A stretch of DNA of 63,813 nt, filler included, from Piptocephalis cylindrospora (lineage: Eukaryota): the NCBI GenBank assembly GCA_003614145.1. It is 12 parts of 12 records of this genome, joined end to end, with 100 filler letters (N's around TTAATTAATTAA, not from the genome) between each part and the next. Parts side by side here need not be neighbours in the genome. Positions count along the whole stretch, not along the records: positions 48,007 to 53,210 come from KZ988418.1; positions 53,311 to 58,512 come from KZ988419.1; positions 58,613 to 63,813 come from KZ988420.1; 9 more parts are not named here. The stretch is one strand, 5' to 3'. The notes below the pieces were generated by a model. The model saw nothing but the letters and a program-made list of their open reading frames with translations. It did no database searches and had not been told where the DNA came from. This document shows positions 48,320 through 59,796 of the stretch, piece by piece. Within the stretch, counting starts at the first letter, position 1. The number at the start of each line of letters is the position of its first letter. The position numbers and the translations under genes were made by a program.

Positions 48320-49189
48320 ATGTCTAACTATAAGGAACCAAAGCTCCCACACACAAAGTATTGCATTCTGGAGATCCCCATTCCAAGGGTGCTTCTCATC
48401 ACTATGAACCGACCCAAGCAGCTCAATGCCCTGCACTTGGAAGCCCACCACGAACTCGACCGTGTCTGGTCCTTCTTTGAGGGGGAGCCCGAGCTGTGGT
48501 GTGCTCTCCTGACCGGTGCAGGAGATAAGGCTTTTTGCGCGGGCGCCGACCTCAAAAGTATGGTCGATCCCGCTACCAGTGCCTCGGGTCAACACGCCGG
48601 TAACATTCACGCCTATCCCGATTCTGGATTCGGCGGTCTCTCCCGCAGGTACCCATCTCATTCTCAACCAAGCCGTCATGCCAAGCCCATCATTGCTGTA
48701 GTTCACGGTGTTTCCTTTGGTGGCGGTGTTGAGATTATCTTGGCCGCCGACCTGGTCGTCGCCACCTCCAACGCCACCTTTTCCCTTCCCGAAGTCAGCC
48801 GTGGTGTGGTTGCTGCTAATGGTGGTCTAGCCCGTCTAGCTCGCTCCGTCGGCTATCAGCGCGCCATGGAACTCTCCCTCACCGGAAAACGTCTCACCGC
48901 CCAGGATGCTCAAGCCTGGGGTCTCGTCAATGCCCTGTGTCCCGGAGGTAAGGAGGAGGCCATGAACACTGCCTTAGATTACGCCAAACAAATTATCTCC
49001 GCCTCCCCTGACGCCGTCTCCATCACAAAAACCGCCATCCAAGAGGCTTTCGAGTTGGGGGAGGAGGCTGCCACCAATCGTCTCATCCACTCTCCCGATA
49101 TGAACCAGCTCTCCGAGGGCGCCAACTTTAAAGAGGGGGTCCGTGCCTTTGCCGAACGACGTTCTCCCCGCTGGACCTCCCGCCTTTAG
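48320..49189 (+). CDS. Enoyl-CoA hydratase/isomerase (crotonase, CaiD-like), peroxisomal
   Basis: NRPKQLNAL, AFCAGADLK, KPIIAVVHGVSFGGGVE, LPEVSRG, EGVRAFAERRSPRW; ends in SRL (PTS1). Confidence 0.93.
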   Translation: MSNYKEPKLPHTKYCILEIPIPRVLLITMNRPKQLNALHLEAHHELDRVWSFFEGEPELWCALLTGAGDKAFCAGADLKSMVDPATSASGQHAGNIHAYPDSGFGGLSRRYPSHSQPSRHAKPIIAVVHGVSFGGGVEIILAADLVVATSNATFSLPEVSRGVVAANGGLARLARSVGYQRAMELSLTGKRLTAQDAQAWGLVNALCPGGKEEAMNTALDYAKQIISASPDAVSITKTAIQEAFELGEEAATNRLIHSPDMNQLSEGANFKEGVRAFAERRSPRWTSRL

Positions 49190-49419
49190 TAACATGAACG
49201 TCTCATTCTCCCTGCTATAGTAAAAATACACACTTTCTTGATATTCACTACAAGGATCTTTCTCCGCCATGACCCATCCACCATCCTATTTGAATACGTC
49301 CTATACAGCTCTTATCTCATTCATATTGATGCTCAAGCACATTATATGCAATTTCCATCCCATTTCTTCACACACACACACACACACAAGTCTACCCATG
49401 GTACATCCCCACTTCCCCA

Positions 49420-52400
49420 TCAAATTCCTCGTGATCCACCCCTATCCCCCTCCTCTCCATAGTATGGCCAATGGAGACGGACGGCCTGGATCCGATGTGG
49501 TATACCGCCCTGGGGATCATCCGACCGGAACCGGTACCGACGGAATCGGAACCACGGATTGCTTCCAGGCCCTCGGGTGGGATTAAACGGTCTGGAAGGA
49601 AGGTGAGGTCGTTCCCCCCGGACTCCCGGGATCCCCTCTGCTCTGGGGGTGGTGCCGACACCAGTAGCAGGGTTGACAGGCGCCCTGCCTCCCTGAGGCT
49701 CCTGGAGTAGGAGCATCCCCAAATCCCCGGATGGCCCTGGATTCGCACTTCCCCTGCGGAGGATGTCATCCAAGGGATCTTCTTCGACGAAAGATCGGGT
49801 GATTAGGGATTCGGCCCGACGAAGGCTCGGCGGCTCTCTACGTCCCCCGGAGGATCCTGCTCTCGGGGGGGTTCCAGGAATAGAGGATGGGCTTGGCGTC
49901 GACTCGATCTCACCCGCAATAAATCCCTCCTCCCTCTCCCCCTCCCCCTCCCTCTCCCCCTCACCTCCTTTTCCATCCTCCTCCACCTCTATCTCCTCCT
50001 TATTCTCATTCCCTTCCTCTTGTAGAGGATCAACACGAAAGGTTTCCCAGTTGACCGGGGCCTTGGATGCATCCTCCATGGCCCTTTCCAAGAGGTCATG
50101 GGCATCGGAGAGGTGAGGGTCCAGGTTGAGGGCCCGATGGTATCCCCGGATAGCCTGTTCATAATCCCCGAGCACATGGTAAATGTACCCAAGAGAGATG
50201 TGAAAGACACAGTCATCCGTCTTTCCCGCTCTTCCCCTTTCAAAGCAATTCCTGGCTCGGTGGAAGTCTCTGTGATGGGTGGGGTATTCCCATTCCATAA
50301 GTCAAGACAGAGGACATTGTCAGTATGAGTCGAGGGGACACGGATACAGACCCTCAATCCCGCTCCAGTCATACTCACCCTTGCTTTCGATACACATGTC
50401 CCATATTGCACAAGATGACACTACGAAAGGGGATTCCGGTCACTGGTTGTAGGGACCGATGGTGTGTCAAGGAAAGGGCCCTCTTTAGATGTCGAATGGC
50501 CTCTGGCCACTTTTCCTGGTAAAAGTACGTCACCCCCATTTCACACTCCACCATGGGATCATTCGGACAGATATCCCGGGCCATCCTTAGACTGTCTAGG
50601 GCAAGTGATGGGCTATTCTGCCGATTGAGCTGGATTCCAGCATACAAGGGACCCTCATGGCATCTACCCATGTGAATGGGGATCAGTCTACCCATCCTTC
50701 TTTTCCTTACACGTCCCTCTCTTCCTCACACATCCCCCCCTCCCATTTGACTGAAGCACGTACGCAGGGGCGAGGCCAGAGACCTGGAGGAACACGGATG
50801 TGGCCTGCTCAAAATCACCCTCCTGGACTAGAGTATGACCCGTACCCAGGATACTGTGGATAAAGGAGGGATCTAGCTCGGCGGACCGGGAAAAGGCTCG
50901 TCGGGCAGCCTCTGATTGGAACCGACTGATGGGTTCTCCATTCCCTGGGGTCGGATTGCCTAGGAGAAGGTAGTAGGAGCCAATAGCGTACCACGCTAGG
51001 TGGTTGGATGGATCTGCCTTGATCATCATCTGTGCCTCCTGGAATAGCGGGTTATACAGACCGAGGACATACAAAACGTCAATGTGTACCCGTCGAAGAA
51101 CGGGGTGCGAAGGATGCAATAGGATCGACCTTTGGGTCAATGTGTGGCACTCATGGTGACGACCCTGCGTAAAGTACCATTCAGCCCTGGCCCCAAGCAC
51201 GTCCGAGCTGCTCCCGAGTCCCCATCCACTGCGTGGGGGATTGAAAGAGACATCTAACGTCTCTTCCCCCTCTCCTAGACCAGACTTCCTAGGCAAGGAG
51301 GAGGGGGGGGCCTGAAGGGTGATTAGGGCCCTGGTGATCCCCCTGTCCTCCCCGGCAAATTGGGTGAGCATGACTAGATGAAGATCTCGGACCATTGCGC
51401 CCATTTCTTTTCCCAGCTGTTGTTGGTAGGGAAGAGCATCTATCAGGTCATATTGCTCTTTTTTAGTGAGGAGATGACGGTGCTGAAGGGCGTCGAATGC
51501 GTCATGCAAACGTACATCGAGATGAAGGGCCTCTACCCAGCACTCCCTGGCCCGGCCATCATCCCCCAGACCGTAGTAGGCCTGGGCCCGTACATCAGCT
51601 AGGACGGCAGGGGGATGAATGATGTGCTGGAAGCTTCGACCCCGTTTTTGACGAAGAAAAAAGGGATTTTCCAGGCCGACCTCTTCGAGGGCACTACCCC
51701 ATTCTTTGAGGGCCAGGTAACACCGACCCACAAGGATACGTAGGGGCAAGTAATCGGGTAGGGGCCTATTCGTGTGATGAAGAAGATGGATGGCCCGATG
51801 GTACTGTCGGTCCAGAAAGTACACTTTGGCGAGCCAGTACCGATCGTTGTCATCTGCCGTGAGACACAGGGCCTTCTCTCCCCAAAAGGCCGCGGTGCCA
51901 AAGGATCCCTGTTCCAGGGCATGCTGTCTCCAGGCACGAAGTACATCAAAGGTATGGTCCCCTTCCGACCCATCCAGGAGGACCGAAGAAGCGTTGGAGA
52001 TGTGGGAGAGATCCGGGTCCCATTCCCCGTCTGGACTGGGAGAAGAGATGATTGGACTGCCCATATCGACCTCCAAGGGACGAAGGTTGCCTGGAAGGGA
52101 TGTTCGATGGTAAGGATATTCCATGGTAGCGGCCTCCTCCATCGGACTGCCCTTTCCCAATGGCCTTAGCAGAGTCGAGAGGGAGGGAGAGGATATTGGG
52201 GTTGGCGAGCCCCTTCGGCTGGGCACCTCGGATGTCCCTTCACGGCTTCTACTTGCCGAGGAGCTCCCTCTACGAAGGATAGGCGAGGAGGTCAGAGATG
52301 GGGATCCAGAGGAAGGGTTTGACGGGGGTGATGTCGACGATGATCGGGAGGGGGAGGACCGACGGGATGAGGAGGATCGATGGGATGAGGAGAGCCTTCG

Positions 52401-52484
52401 GGTAAGAGGCGTGGGTCGTGGAGGGTTTTGTCGGGTCTGTCGAGTACGTGCCCTCGTCCTGGGCCGATGACTTGGCGACGTCAT
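49420..52484 (-). CDS. CDC16: Anaphase-promoting complex TPR subunit APC6/Cdc16/Cut9
   Basis: Introns 50664-50763 and 50270-50378. LRAWRQHAL..TAAFWGEKAL..YWLAKVYF, AWYAIGSYY, DPMVECEMGV, LCNMGHVYRK and further TPRs. Confidence 0.88.
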
Positions 52485-53316
52485 TCCTTGGGGGCTAATG
52501 GTACTGAGTAGGAGGATGAGGCTGGGTTGGGTTAAATGAGCGAATAGAGAAAAACAAAGAGGGAAAGAGGGAAGTAAGGGATATGTTGAGAGATATGACC
52601 GCGCGGCGGCGGTCTCTGGGTCGTTGATGTAAGCAAAGCGGAGTTATCTGGTTGTGCAGGGTGGGAGGTGGAGTAAATCAGCTAAGGAGGTCAGACATGG
52701 GGTGGGTCGACCAGGAGAGAATGGGTAGGGAGCCGTGGTGGGATCAGGATTTCCATGTCATCAACAGCCCAAGAAAATATCCGAAGAGTCCCGTGTTTCT
52801 GATACTGATGAAACCATTCTATTTTCACCCGGCGGAGCAGATCAAGGTGTCACAGCACATCATTGGCCTAAAAGGCCCGTCTGCAGAACATGAGGAATCT
52901 CGCCTCTGGCGCATGCCTTATGCTCGAAGCTTTATGGGTACTGCAGCTACCCATCTCCCCTCCTCCCACGAAGAAACTTCCATCACCAAGAGAGGATCTC
53001 TCGGCCAAATCAAAAAAGTTGGACACTCCAAGAGGACATCTCACTGTCCTCCCAACGATCAACCTATTCGCCCTCCTCTCACGGTATCCATCCCGTCACT
53101 CTGGATATTAGTCTTCTCCCCCCAGGCTCCTCCTCCATCCTGATACTCTTATTTCCCCCACCGCTCCTTGCTCCCATCTTCCCTCTCTTTGCCCATCTGC
53201 GTCCTGTACTNNNNNNNNNNNNNNNNNNNNNNNNNNNNNNNNNNNNNNNNNNNNTTAATTAATTAANNNNNNNNNNNNNNNNNNNNNNNNNNNNNNNNNN
53301 NNNNNNNNNNGGGGGT

Positions 53317-53360
<44 letters not shown>

Positions 53361-53607
53361 AGGGATCAGGATGAGATTGATGCATACTCATATGTGCTTG
53401 CACTTCTATAAATAGGACGAACCTATCCTATCCTGCATGCTCATCCCCTCCTCACTGAGATGAGGTGTCATGACGGAGATGTGTATTTTCTCTTGGCAAG
53501 CTCATTGAGAAGATCACTAAAACTCTGGATGGTATGTGAATGTATAAAGCCAAAAGAAAGGAGGATTCATCCTGCCTTGTGCTTTCCTTGCACATCCGTC
53601 TCCTCAA

Positions 53608-53967
53608 ATGCATATTGTACAGTTCGTACCTCTCTTCGTCTTACTCTCTCCCCTTGGTGTGATCCAAGGCCAGGTCTCTGTGGTGGCGCCAGGCACCAAT
53701 GTAGCCGCTGGATCCAATAGTACTGTCGCGAGAGGGAACAGCACAATCACGGTGGGTAACAGTACCATCGAGGGAGGAAATAGTACGACTACTGAAAGTA
53801 ATAATAGCACAACCGGCCAACTGCCCAACGAGACTCCCTTGGCCCCTACTCCTGTGAATCCGACATCCCAAAAAGTTCATAATGATCCATCTGGAGCAGA
53901 AAAACATTTAGCTGGGGCTTTAGGCGGATTAGTCGTGGTTGCAGGTATCTTTATCCCCTTATTATGA
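53608..53967 (+). CDS. Small predicted GPI-anchored glycoprotein (119 aa)
   Basis: N-terminal signal, five NST repeats plus NET, then SGA followed by a hydrophobic C-terminus. Confidence 0.75.
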   Translation: MHIVQFVPLFVLLSPLGVIQGQVSVVAPGTNVAAGSNSTVARGNSTITVGNSTIEGGNSTTTESNNSTTGQLPNETPLAPTPVNPTSQKVHNDPSGAEKHLAGALGGLVVVAGIFIPLL

Positions 53968-54564
53968 GTAAGTGGGATGGGGAACGCTCATGTATCATCA
54001 TGCTCATTCAAGAGAATTAAAATATTAAAGTAGTATTTCCAGACCATGTCCTGATTTTAAGAGCGTTTTCTTTATTGATAAGGTCAGAACCTCGTGCTTA
54101 TGAGGATCGCCTGGTTCGACTAGTTTAGGTCATGGGAAGGGGGATACGGGTCATCTTGACGCTTATCCAATTCACTCAAGGACAATTGGGTTGTCATAGA
54201 CGGGATAATGCCTCCAGGTGGTGCAGAGAGTCGATTGGGGGACTCGGCAGTGCTCATCTCCGTCCTCCCGGCTCCACTTTTCGTCACCCCATTGCGGCGC
54301 GTATATGTCCACATCCCAACTGTGTGATGTATATGCGTAGACACCCATTGTGTGGCAGTGTGGGGGCGGTCAAGGTAAACATGTGCTTGAACGCGGCTCT
54401 TCCCCCACCTTCCCACCCTCCAGGTGCGTGGGAGTGTCCCTCTCCTCTCGCGCACCAAGATAGAATGGAACGTATAAAGGCCAGGGGGTGAAGTGAGTCC
54501 ATTCCCACTTTCCTCTCTCTTCACCTTTTTTCATCTCCTCCCCCCCCTCCCCTACCGATTCACC

Positions 54565-55839
54565 ATGTCCTTTACCAAGTTACCCACTTCTAGGCTTTCC
54601 TCTCTCCTCGCCCGGAGGTCACTCCCCTTCACTGCCCGGACCATGTCCGTGCGTACGTTCACTGCCTCTCCATCGGAGACAACCCCAGGCCACTTGCACC
54701 AGTTTACCGAAGAGGAGGTCATGTTCCGGGATACCGTGGCCCGATTCTCCCAGGACAAGGTGGCTCCTTTGGTAGCGAAGATGGATGAGGAGGAAAAGCT
54801 AGATCCCTCCATTCTCAAGGGTCTCTTTGACAATGGTATGATGGGCGTCGAGACGAACGCAGACTTGGGTGGGGCCGGTGCGTCCTTCACCTCGGCCATC
54901 ATCACCGTGGAGGAGCTAGCCAAAATTGATCCTTCCATCTCGGTGGCATGTGATGTGCAAAACACCCTAGTCAACACCTTGATCCGGAAGGTGGGGAGTC
55001 AGGAGCTCCAGAGCAAGTACCTGCCCCGTCTGGCCACCGACACCGTCGGGTGTTTCTGTCTCAGTGAGGCCGGGAGTGGCAGTGATGCCTTTGCCCTACA
55101 GACCCGGGCCGCCAAGCAAGGGGATGGGAGCTACGTGCTGGATGGGAGTAAGATGTGGATCACCAACTCGGGCGAGGCCGATATCTTCCTCGTCTTCGCC
55201 ACCGTCGACCCCTCCAAAGGCTACCGGGGCATCACAGCCTTCGTCGTCGAGAAGGACTGGGGAGTCAAGGTGGAGAAGAAGGAGTCCAAGCTAGGCATTC
55301 GCGCCTCCTCCACCTGTACCCTATCTTTTGACGGGGTCCACGTTCCAGCTTCCAATGTCCTGGGCGAGGTGGGAAAGGGATACAAGTACGCCATTGAGAT
55401 TCTAAATGAGGGACGCATCGGCATTGCTGCCCAGATGCTCGGTCTAGCCCAAGGAGCCATGGACCACACCATCCCCTACCTCATGCAACGCAAGCAGTTT
55501 GGCAAGCCCATCTTTGATTTTCAGGGCATGCAGTTCCAGATTGCCCAGATCGCCATGGAGATCGAGGCCGCTCGTCTTCTTACGTACAATGCTGCCCGTA
55601 TGAAGGAGTCCGGAGCTACATTTGTCAAGGAGGCCGCCATGGCCAAGCTCTACGCCTCCCAGGTGGCTGAACGGGCCGCCAGCCGATGCGTCGAATGGCT
55701 CGGTGGGGTTGGCTTTACCCGGGAGTTCCCCGTCGAGAAGTTCTACCGGGATGTTAAGATCGGGTCCATTTACGAGGGTACCACGAACATTCAGCTCCAG
55801 ACCATTGCTAGATTTATCCAGGCTCAATATAAGCAGTAG
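54565..55839 (+). CDS. ACADSB: Mitochondrial short/branched-chain acyl-CoA dehydrogenase
   Basis: Presequence-like start; CDVQNTLVN, FCLSEAGSGSDAF, GSKMWITNS, KLGIRASSTC, LNEGRIGIAAQM, KIGSIYEGTTNIQL; intronless. Confidence 0.95.
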   Translation: MSFTKLPTSRLSSLLARRSLPFTARTMSVRTFTASPSETTPGHLHQFTEEEVMFRDTVARFSQDKVAPLVAKMDEEEKLDPSILKGLFDNGMMGVETNADLGGAGASFTSAIITVEELAKIDPSISVACDVQNTLVNTLIRKVGSQELQSKYLPRLATDTVGCFCLSEAGSGSDAFALQTRAAKQGDGSYVLDGSKMWITNSGEADIFLVFATVDPSKGYRGITAFVVEKDWGVKVEKKESKLGIRASSTCTLSFDGVHVPASNVLGEVGKGYKYAIEILNEGRIGIAAQMLGLAQGAMDHTIPYLMQRKQFGKPIFDFQGMQFQIAQIAMEIEAARLLTYNAARMKESGATFVKEAAMAKLYASQVAERAASRCVEWLGGVGFTREFPVEKFYRDVKIGSIYEGTTNIQLQTIARFIQAQYKQ

Positions 55840-55919
55840 TGGGTCGGGAGGATGGGAATAAATCGAAATTGGTTGACTTTTTTTTATTGAACATGGATGG
55901 ATGAGATGGATTTATCCCT

Positions 55920-56570
55920 CTACTCGATCTTGCCCAGATCGATGTGGTAGGATGGGCCATTGGAAGGAGGGTGAGCCACCTGACAATTCTCCTCAGCAAC
56001 CCCACTTTCCCAAACCAGACAGGTGAAATCCATAGTCCTATCCAGGGAGATCATCGGATGATGCCATGTCCCCATAGTGTACTGGATCGCCTGGCCTGGT
56101 AAGGCCAGAAAGGCCTCAAGACGAGGCCAGTCGGGTGTCCCATCTAACACCGCCAAGGAGGGAAAGAAGGGCTTAGTATGAGGCAGGAAGAGGAAGGATC
56201 TCAATATCAACGGACCTGGAAGAGTGGACGCTACCACAACAAGGTATCTTGCCCTTCCCAAATCCTTCATCCCATTAGCAGGTCCCATGGGGATAAATGC
56301 TTGGGTAGAGTAAGGATGTCTCTCCAGCATTCCAATGGGGATGGGCCTAGATTGGATGGGCGAGCAGCGGAATACACAAAAGTTGGCCTTGGCCCCCGAG
56401 CCTGCAGGAAACGCCGATCTGGGTTCGGCCAAGTGGTTAGTTCTCTGGGCTGTTCCCGCGTTGGCCATTATGGTATCCTGGGTCTTAGTGGGATGTTGCA
56501 TCACCTGGCCATATCTGGAAAAGGCTTCCTGGGTGAGTGGGGTTGTCTGGATGAACAACATCTTGGTCAT
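55920..56570 (-). CDS. DAL3: Ureidoglycolate lyase
   Basis: PLTQEAFSRYGQV, ANAGTA, LERHPYSTQAFIPM, GTWHHPM; probable 72-nt intron 56144-56215. Confidence 0.9.
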   Translation of the reverse strand: MTKMLFIQTTPLTQEAFSRYGQVMQHPTKTQDTIMANAGTAQRTNHLAEPRSAFPAGSGAKANFCVFRCSPIQSRPIPIGMLERHPYSTQAFIPMGPANGMKDLGRARYLVVVASTLPGPLILRSFLFLPHTKPFFPSLAVLDGTPDWPRLEAFLALPGQAIQYTMGTWHHPMISLDRTMDFTCLVWESGVAEENCQVAHPPSNGPSYHIDLGKIE

Positions 56571-56734
56571 CGTGGACGGACAGAGAAGAGTGCTTGGGTG
56601 GGAAGATGGATTGGGGTGTGTTGACGGAGATACGAACACATCTCTCCCCCACTCTCTTTGTGTACTTTAAGCAGCCCAGCAGATATCCAAACACGCCCAT
56701 ACCATCTCCATCCTCCTTTTCTCTCTCCCTCATC

Positions 56735-57364
56735 ATGCCTCAATATACCCTCTCCCACAAAGCTTACCTAAAGATGGCCTTGCATGCCGCGAAACACCCG
56801 GCTCTTGCAGTGGACGGTCTTCTCCTGGGCACCATGCCTCCTTCGGCCACTTCCATCACCGTGACCGATGCCCTGCCCCTCAGACACCACCATCTGTCTC
56901 TCTCCACCGTCCTGGACACGGGTATGACCCAAGCTGAGATGTACGCCAAAGAGCAGCAAGTTCGAATCCTCGGCTACTACTATGTCCCCTCCAGCCTCAC
57001 CGACCGAAGCCTCCCAAAGACCGGGGAGGCTATCGCAAAGGCCATCCACTCCTCCTGTCCCCACGCCATTGCCCTTGTCCTTGACAACACCAAGCTCTCC
57101 GCCGAAAACCCCAATGTGGCCCCCATTCCTTTTATCTATGTGGAAAATCAATGGAGATCCATCAAGACCGCCTTCACCTCGGATCCTTCTCCAGGAAACA
57201 CCACCACCTTCACCCTCGAGGATAAATCTTCCCCCGCCCTTGCTGCCGTGGCCATCTCTGCCGAGGCTTACGAGGCCCTATGGGATCTAGATGATCATCT
57301 GGAGGATCTTTCCCGGGATTGGCTGTGCAACTCCACTGCTCTTTCCCTTAGTCGACGTGGATAG
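56735..57364 (+). CDS. ER membrane complex subunit 8/9 (UPF0172)
   Basis: AYLKMALHAAKHP..VDGLLLG, DALPLRH, ILGYY, DLDDHLEDLSRDWLCN. Confidence 0.9.
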   Translation: MPQYTLSHKAYLKMALHAAKHPALAVDGLLLGTMPPSATSITVTDALPLRHHHLSLSTVLDTGMTQAEMYAKEQQVRILGYYYVPSSLTDRSLPKTGEAIAKAIHSSCPHAIALVLDNTKLSAENPNVAPIPFIYVENQWRSIKTAFTSDPSPGNTTTFTLEDKSSPALAAVAISAEAYEALWDLDDHLEDLSRDWLCNSTALSLSRRG

Positions 57365-58612
57365 GACGACTGTGGATTGATCAGGGAAGGGAGAGTATTG
57401 CTGAATGATGAATTATTTCATTTCCTCTCAGTCCTAGAGGAGGGGAGAGTAGGGTGGCTCTGCACCAGGATGGCTTTCTTTTTCCCTTCAGTCCATTCCA
57501 TGGCCACCGATGAAAACCTTCAATGCACAGTGAGGTTTAGATAGCATACAAAGAGGATCAATTACTACTTCACCTCAGCCTTGGTTCCTATCTTATCCTC
57601 CTTTTATTTCCTGTTTCGCTCCCCTTCCCCTCCAGGCCTCCTTGAAGCACCCACCCACCAAGTCTCCCCCTTCAACTCCGCTGGGACATGCTGGGTTGAC
57701 CGCTTTGAACCCTGGTGGTACCCTGGCTTGTACCTAACAACAAGCCCTCCACAGCTGTATGCATCGCTCCTCGTCTCTCCTCACCTCAGCTGCCGCATAG
57801 CGCGCAATGTAGGACAGGCTACCCTAACCTTGGGAGGGCCCTTAAGGAGGGGCGGCGGTGGGCCAAGTCGTCTGCACTTGACTATGCGCTTTCACCCTGC
57901 GTCCCTGTATATAAAATATCTACCGCTTCTGGTGGAGAGCCTGCCTCCTCTCCACCCACCACATCCCAGTCCCCTTCATCTCATCGTACTCTCCTTCATT
58001 CCCTCCCTGGACTTTCTTTATTTACCTTTGACCCAGCTTATCTCCCTCACTCTCCCTCCCTCCCCTATCCAGGGCCCCTCCCTCTCCACATGCCCACATA
58101 TTCCCAAATACACGACGGGCTTCCGGAGCCATTGGAGCAGGTTCTACGCCTGGCCCCCTCCCCTGTCTGCCTTCTCCCTTCAGCCCCCTCCCTCAGACAG
58201 GCCAGGGCACTGGACTCTTCTACTTTCCCCGGCCCCTCAGGAGGTGCCTCAGGGAAGGCTTCACAGGTCCCCCTACTCAGTCCACCGTACCCTCCAGGAC
58301 CATCTGACCCTTTCCTCCAGACTGCGCGCCACCTTTGCCCAGGACACTGAGTCCCTCTCCCTGCCCCATCACGTCGTGGAAACGTACATTCGGGACGCTC
58401 AGGATTGGATGGGCAGTCAGGGCCAGGGTTCAAGTCCAGGGCAACGGGGCATGGATGGCCCCGCCTTACTGGGCCTCCTTCGACTTCTCGTCGCCGCTGT
58501 CTTTGACCTCCCNNNNNNNNNNNNNNNNNNNNNNNNNNNNNNNNNNNNNNNNNNNNTTAATTAATTAANNNNNNNNNNNNNNNNNNNNNNNNNNNNNNNN
58601 NNNNNNNNNNNN

Positions 58613-58936
58613 GAACTTTATCTCATTCCTGACAATGTGGATCAAGGTATGTGCTATGATGGTGGATAGGAAGTCTTGGGTATGCTCCGCTCCACTCTAG
58701 GGAGGGTAGGATGTCTCGAGCAACGCTCTTACCTTTATTCCTTAGTCGAATCAATCTTCACCACCCTCAGTGAACATGCCTCTCATTGCCCAGATCCCGA
58801 GGAAGAGAGAGGGGATGAGGAGAGTGGCTCACCTTGCTTAGCCATCCCTGATGCCGACCTAGATGAGGGGGCCAGGGTAGCCAGGGAGTATTTGAACAGT
58901 ATTCATGATCAAGTCCAAGATCCTCCCTCTCCCTGA
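58613..58936 (+). CDS. 3' fragment of an unknown protein
   Basis: GTATGT donor near 58647, then an open frame to TGA at 58936; no recognisable motif. Confidence 0.35.
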
Positions 58937-59052
58937 TGCCATAGAGTCTAGGATAATGAAGCTATCATACACCAGAGAGAGAGAGAGAGAGAGAGAGGGT
59001 AAAGAGTGGGAAAAAGGAAACAGAGACCTTTTTATATATCAACGTAAAGGAA

Positions 59053-59796
59053 TCAAACAGTGGAAAATTGAAGGGAAATGGGGGAGATGGGCTCATCCAT
59101 CGTCTCTAGCTCCTCCCGTAAACTGGGGAGAGGGCAAGACGTGGGTCGGATCCTTCCGTGGGGTGGGGTATGGTAGAGGACGTGAACGCGTCGATGGGAC
59201 CTCCATAGTCCTGGGACTTTGAGGGAGGTATCGGGGACGGGGCACCGAACCAAGATAACATCAGTCATCTGGGTCCTCAGGGATCGAAGAATCCACAAGG
59301 ACCGTCCATCTAGGGTGACCCACATCCCAGTCTCGGGATGCTTCCAGACCCTGAGGGGGATGGGGTGGGTCCGTTCCTGAGCGATGAGAGCAGCATGTTC
59401 CCTCAAGGACCTCCCATCTTTTCCACGATCCCTAATACAAGGGCTGGCGTAATGGATGGATTTAACGGGCAATCGTGCATGGTGGTGTGCGGGAGAGGAG
59501 GAAGGGAGGGATAGGGAGGAGAAGGAGGAGGTTGAAAAATAATCCATGGATTGTGTAGGTGATGTGGTTGGGGTTGAGAAAGTATGCGAATAGGTCGAGC
59601 AAGGATGGACGGACGAGGAAGAGGGAGAGATTTTGCCCAAAACATGTCCTACCCAGCCCAAGAGACTCTTGGGGGTATGAGAAGGGCTCATGTCCAGGGA
59701 ACATGGAGGAAGGAGGGAATCGAGAGTCGATGGGCTGGAGCATGACTTTGGGCTGAAAGGCCTAGAGGGGAAGAATGAGGTGTGAATGCTGATCAT
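59053..59796 (-). CDS. Hypothetical protein with a divergent ParB/sulfiredoxin-like core
   Basis: TATAAA near 59985. Core LPVKSIHYASPCIRDRGKDGRSL...PIPLRVW...WVTLDGRSLWILRSL. Start could be 59796 or 59691. Confidence 0.5.
   Translation of the reverse strand: MISIHTSFFPSRPFSPKSCSSPSTLDSLLPPCSLDMSPSHTPKSLLGWVGHVLGKISPSSSSVHPCSTYSHTFSTPTTSPTQSMDYFSTSSFSSLSLPSSSPAHHHARLPVKSIHYASPCIRDRGKDGRSLREHAALIAQERTHPIPLRVWKHPETGMWVTLDGRSLWILRSLRTQMTDVILVRCPVPDTSLKVPGLWRSHRRVHVLYHTPPHGRIRPTSCPLPSLREELETMDEPISPISLQFSTV

Noticed and set aside
53311..53359. Poly-G tract (also C-rich ends near 42580-42602 and 48190-48230)
   Set aside because: Located at or near contig edges; likely low-quality sequence rather than G-quadruplex or telomere.
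54081..54123. GGTTCGAC B-box-like motif with a small hairpin
   Set aside because: No cloverleaf, acceptor stem or A-box could be built; not called a tRNA.
48320..55839. Crotonase and acyl-CoA dehydrogenase as a beta-oxidation cluster
   Set aside because: They lie on different contigs separated by an artificial spacer and have different predicted compartments.
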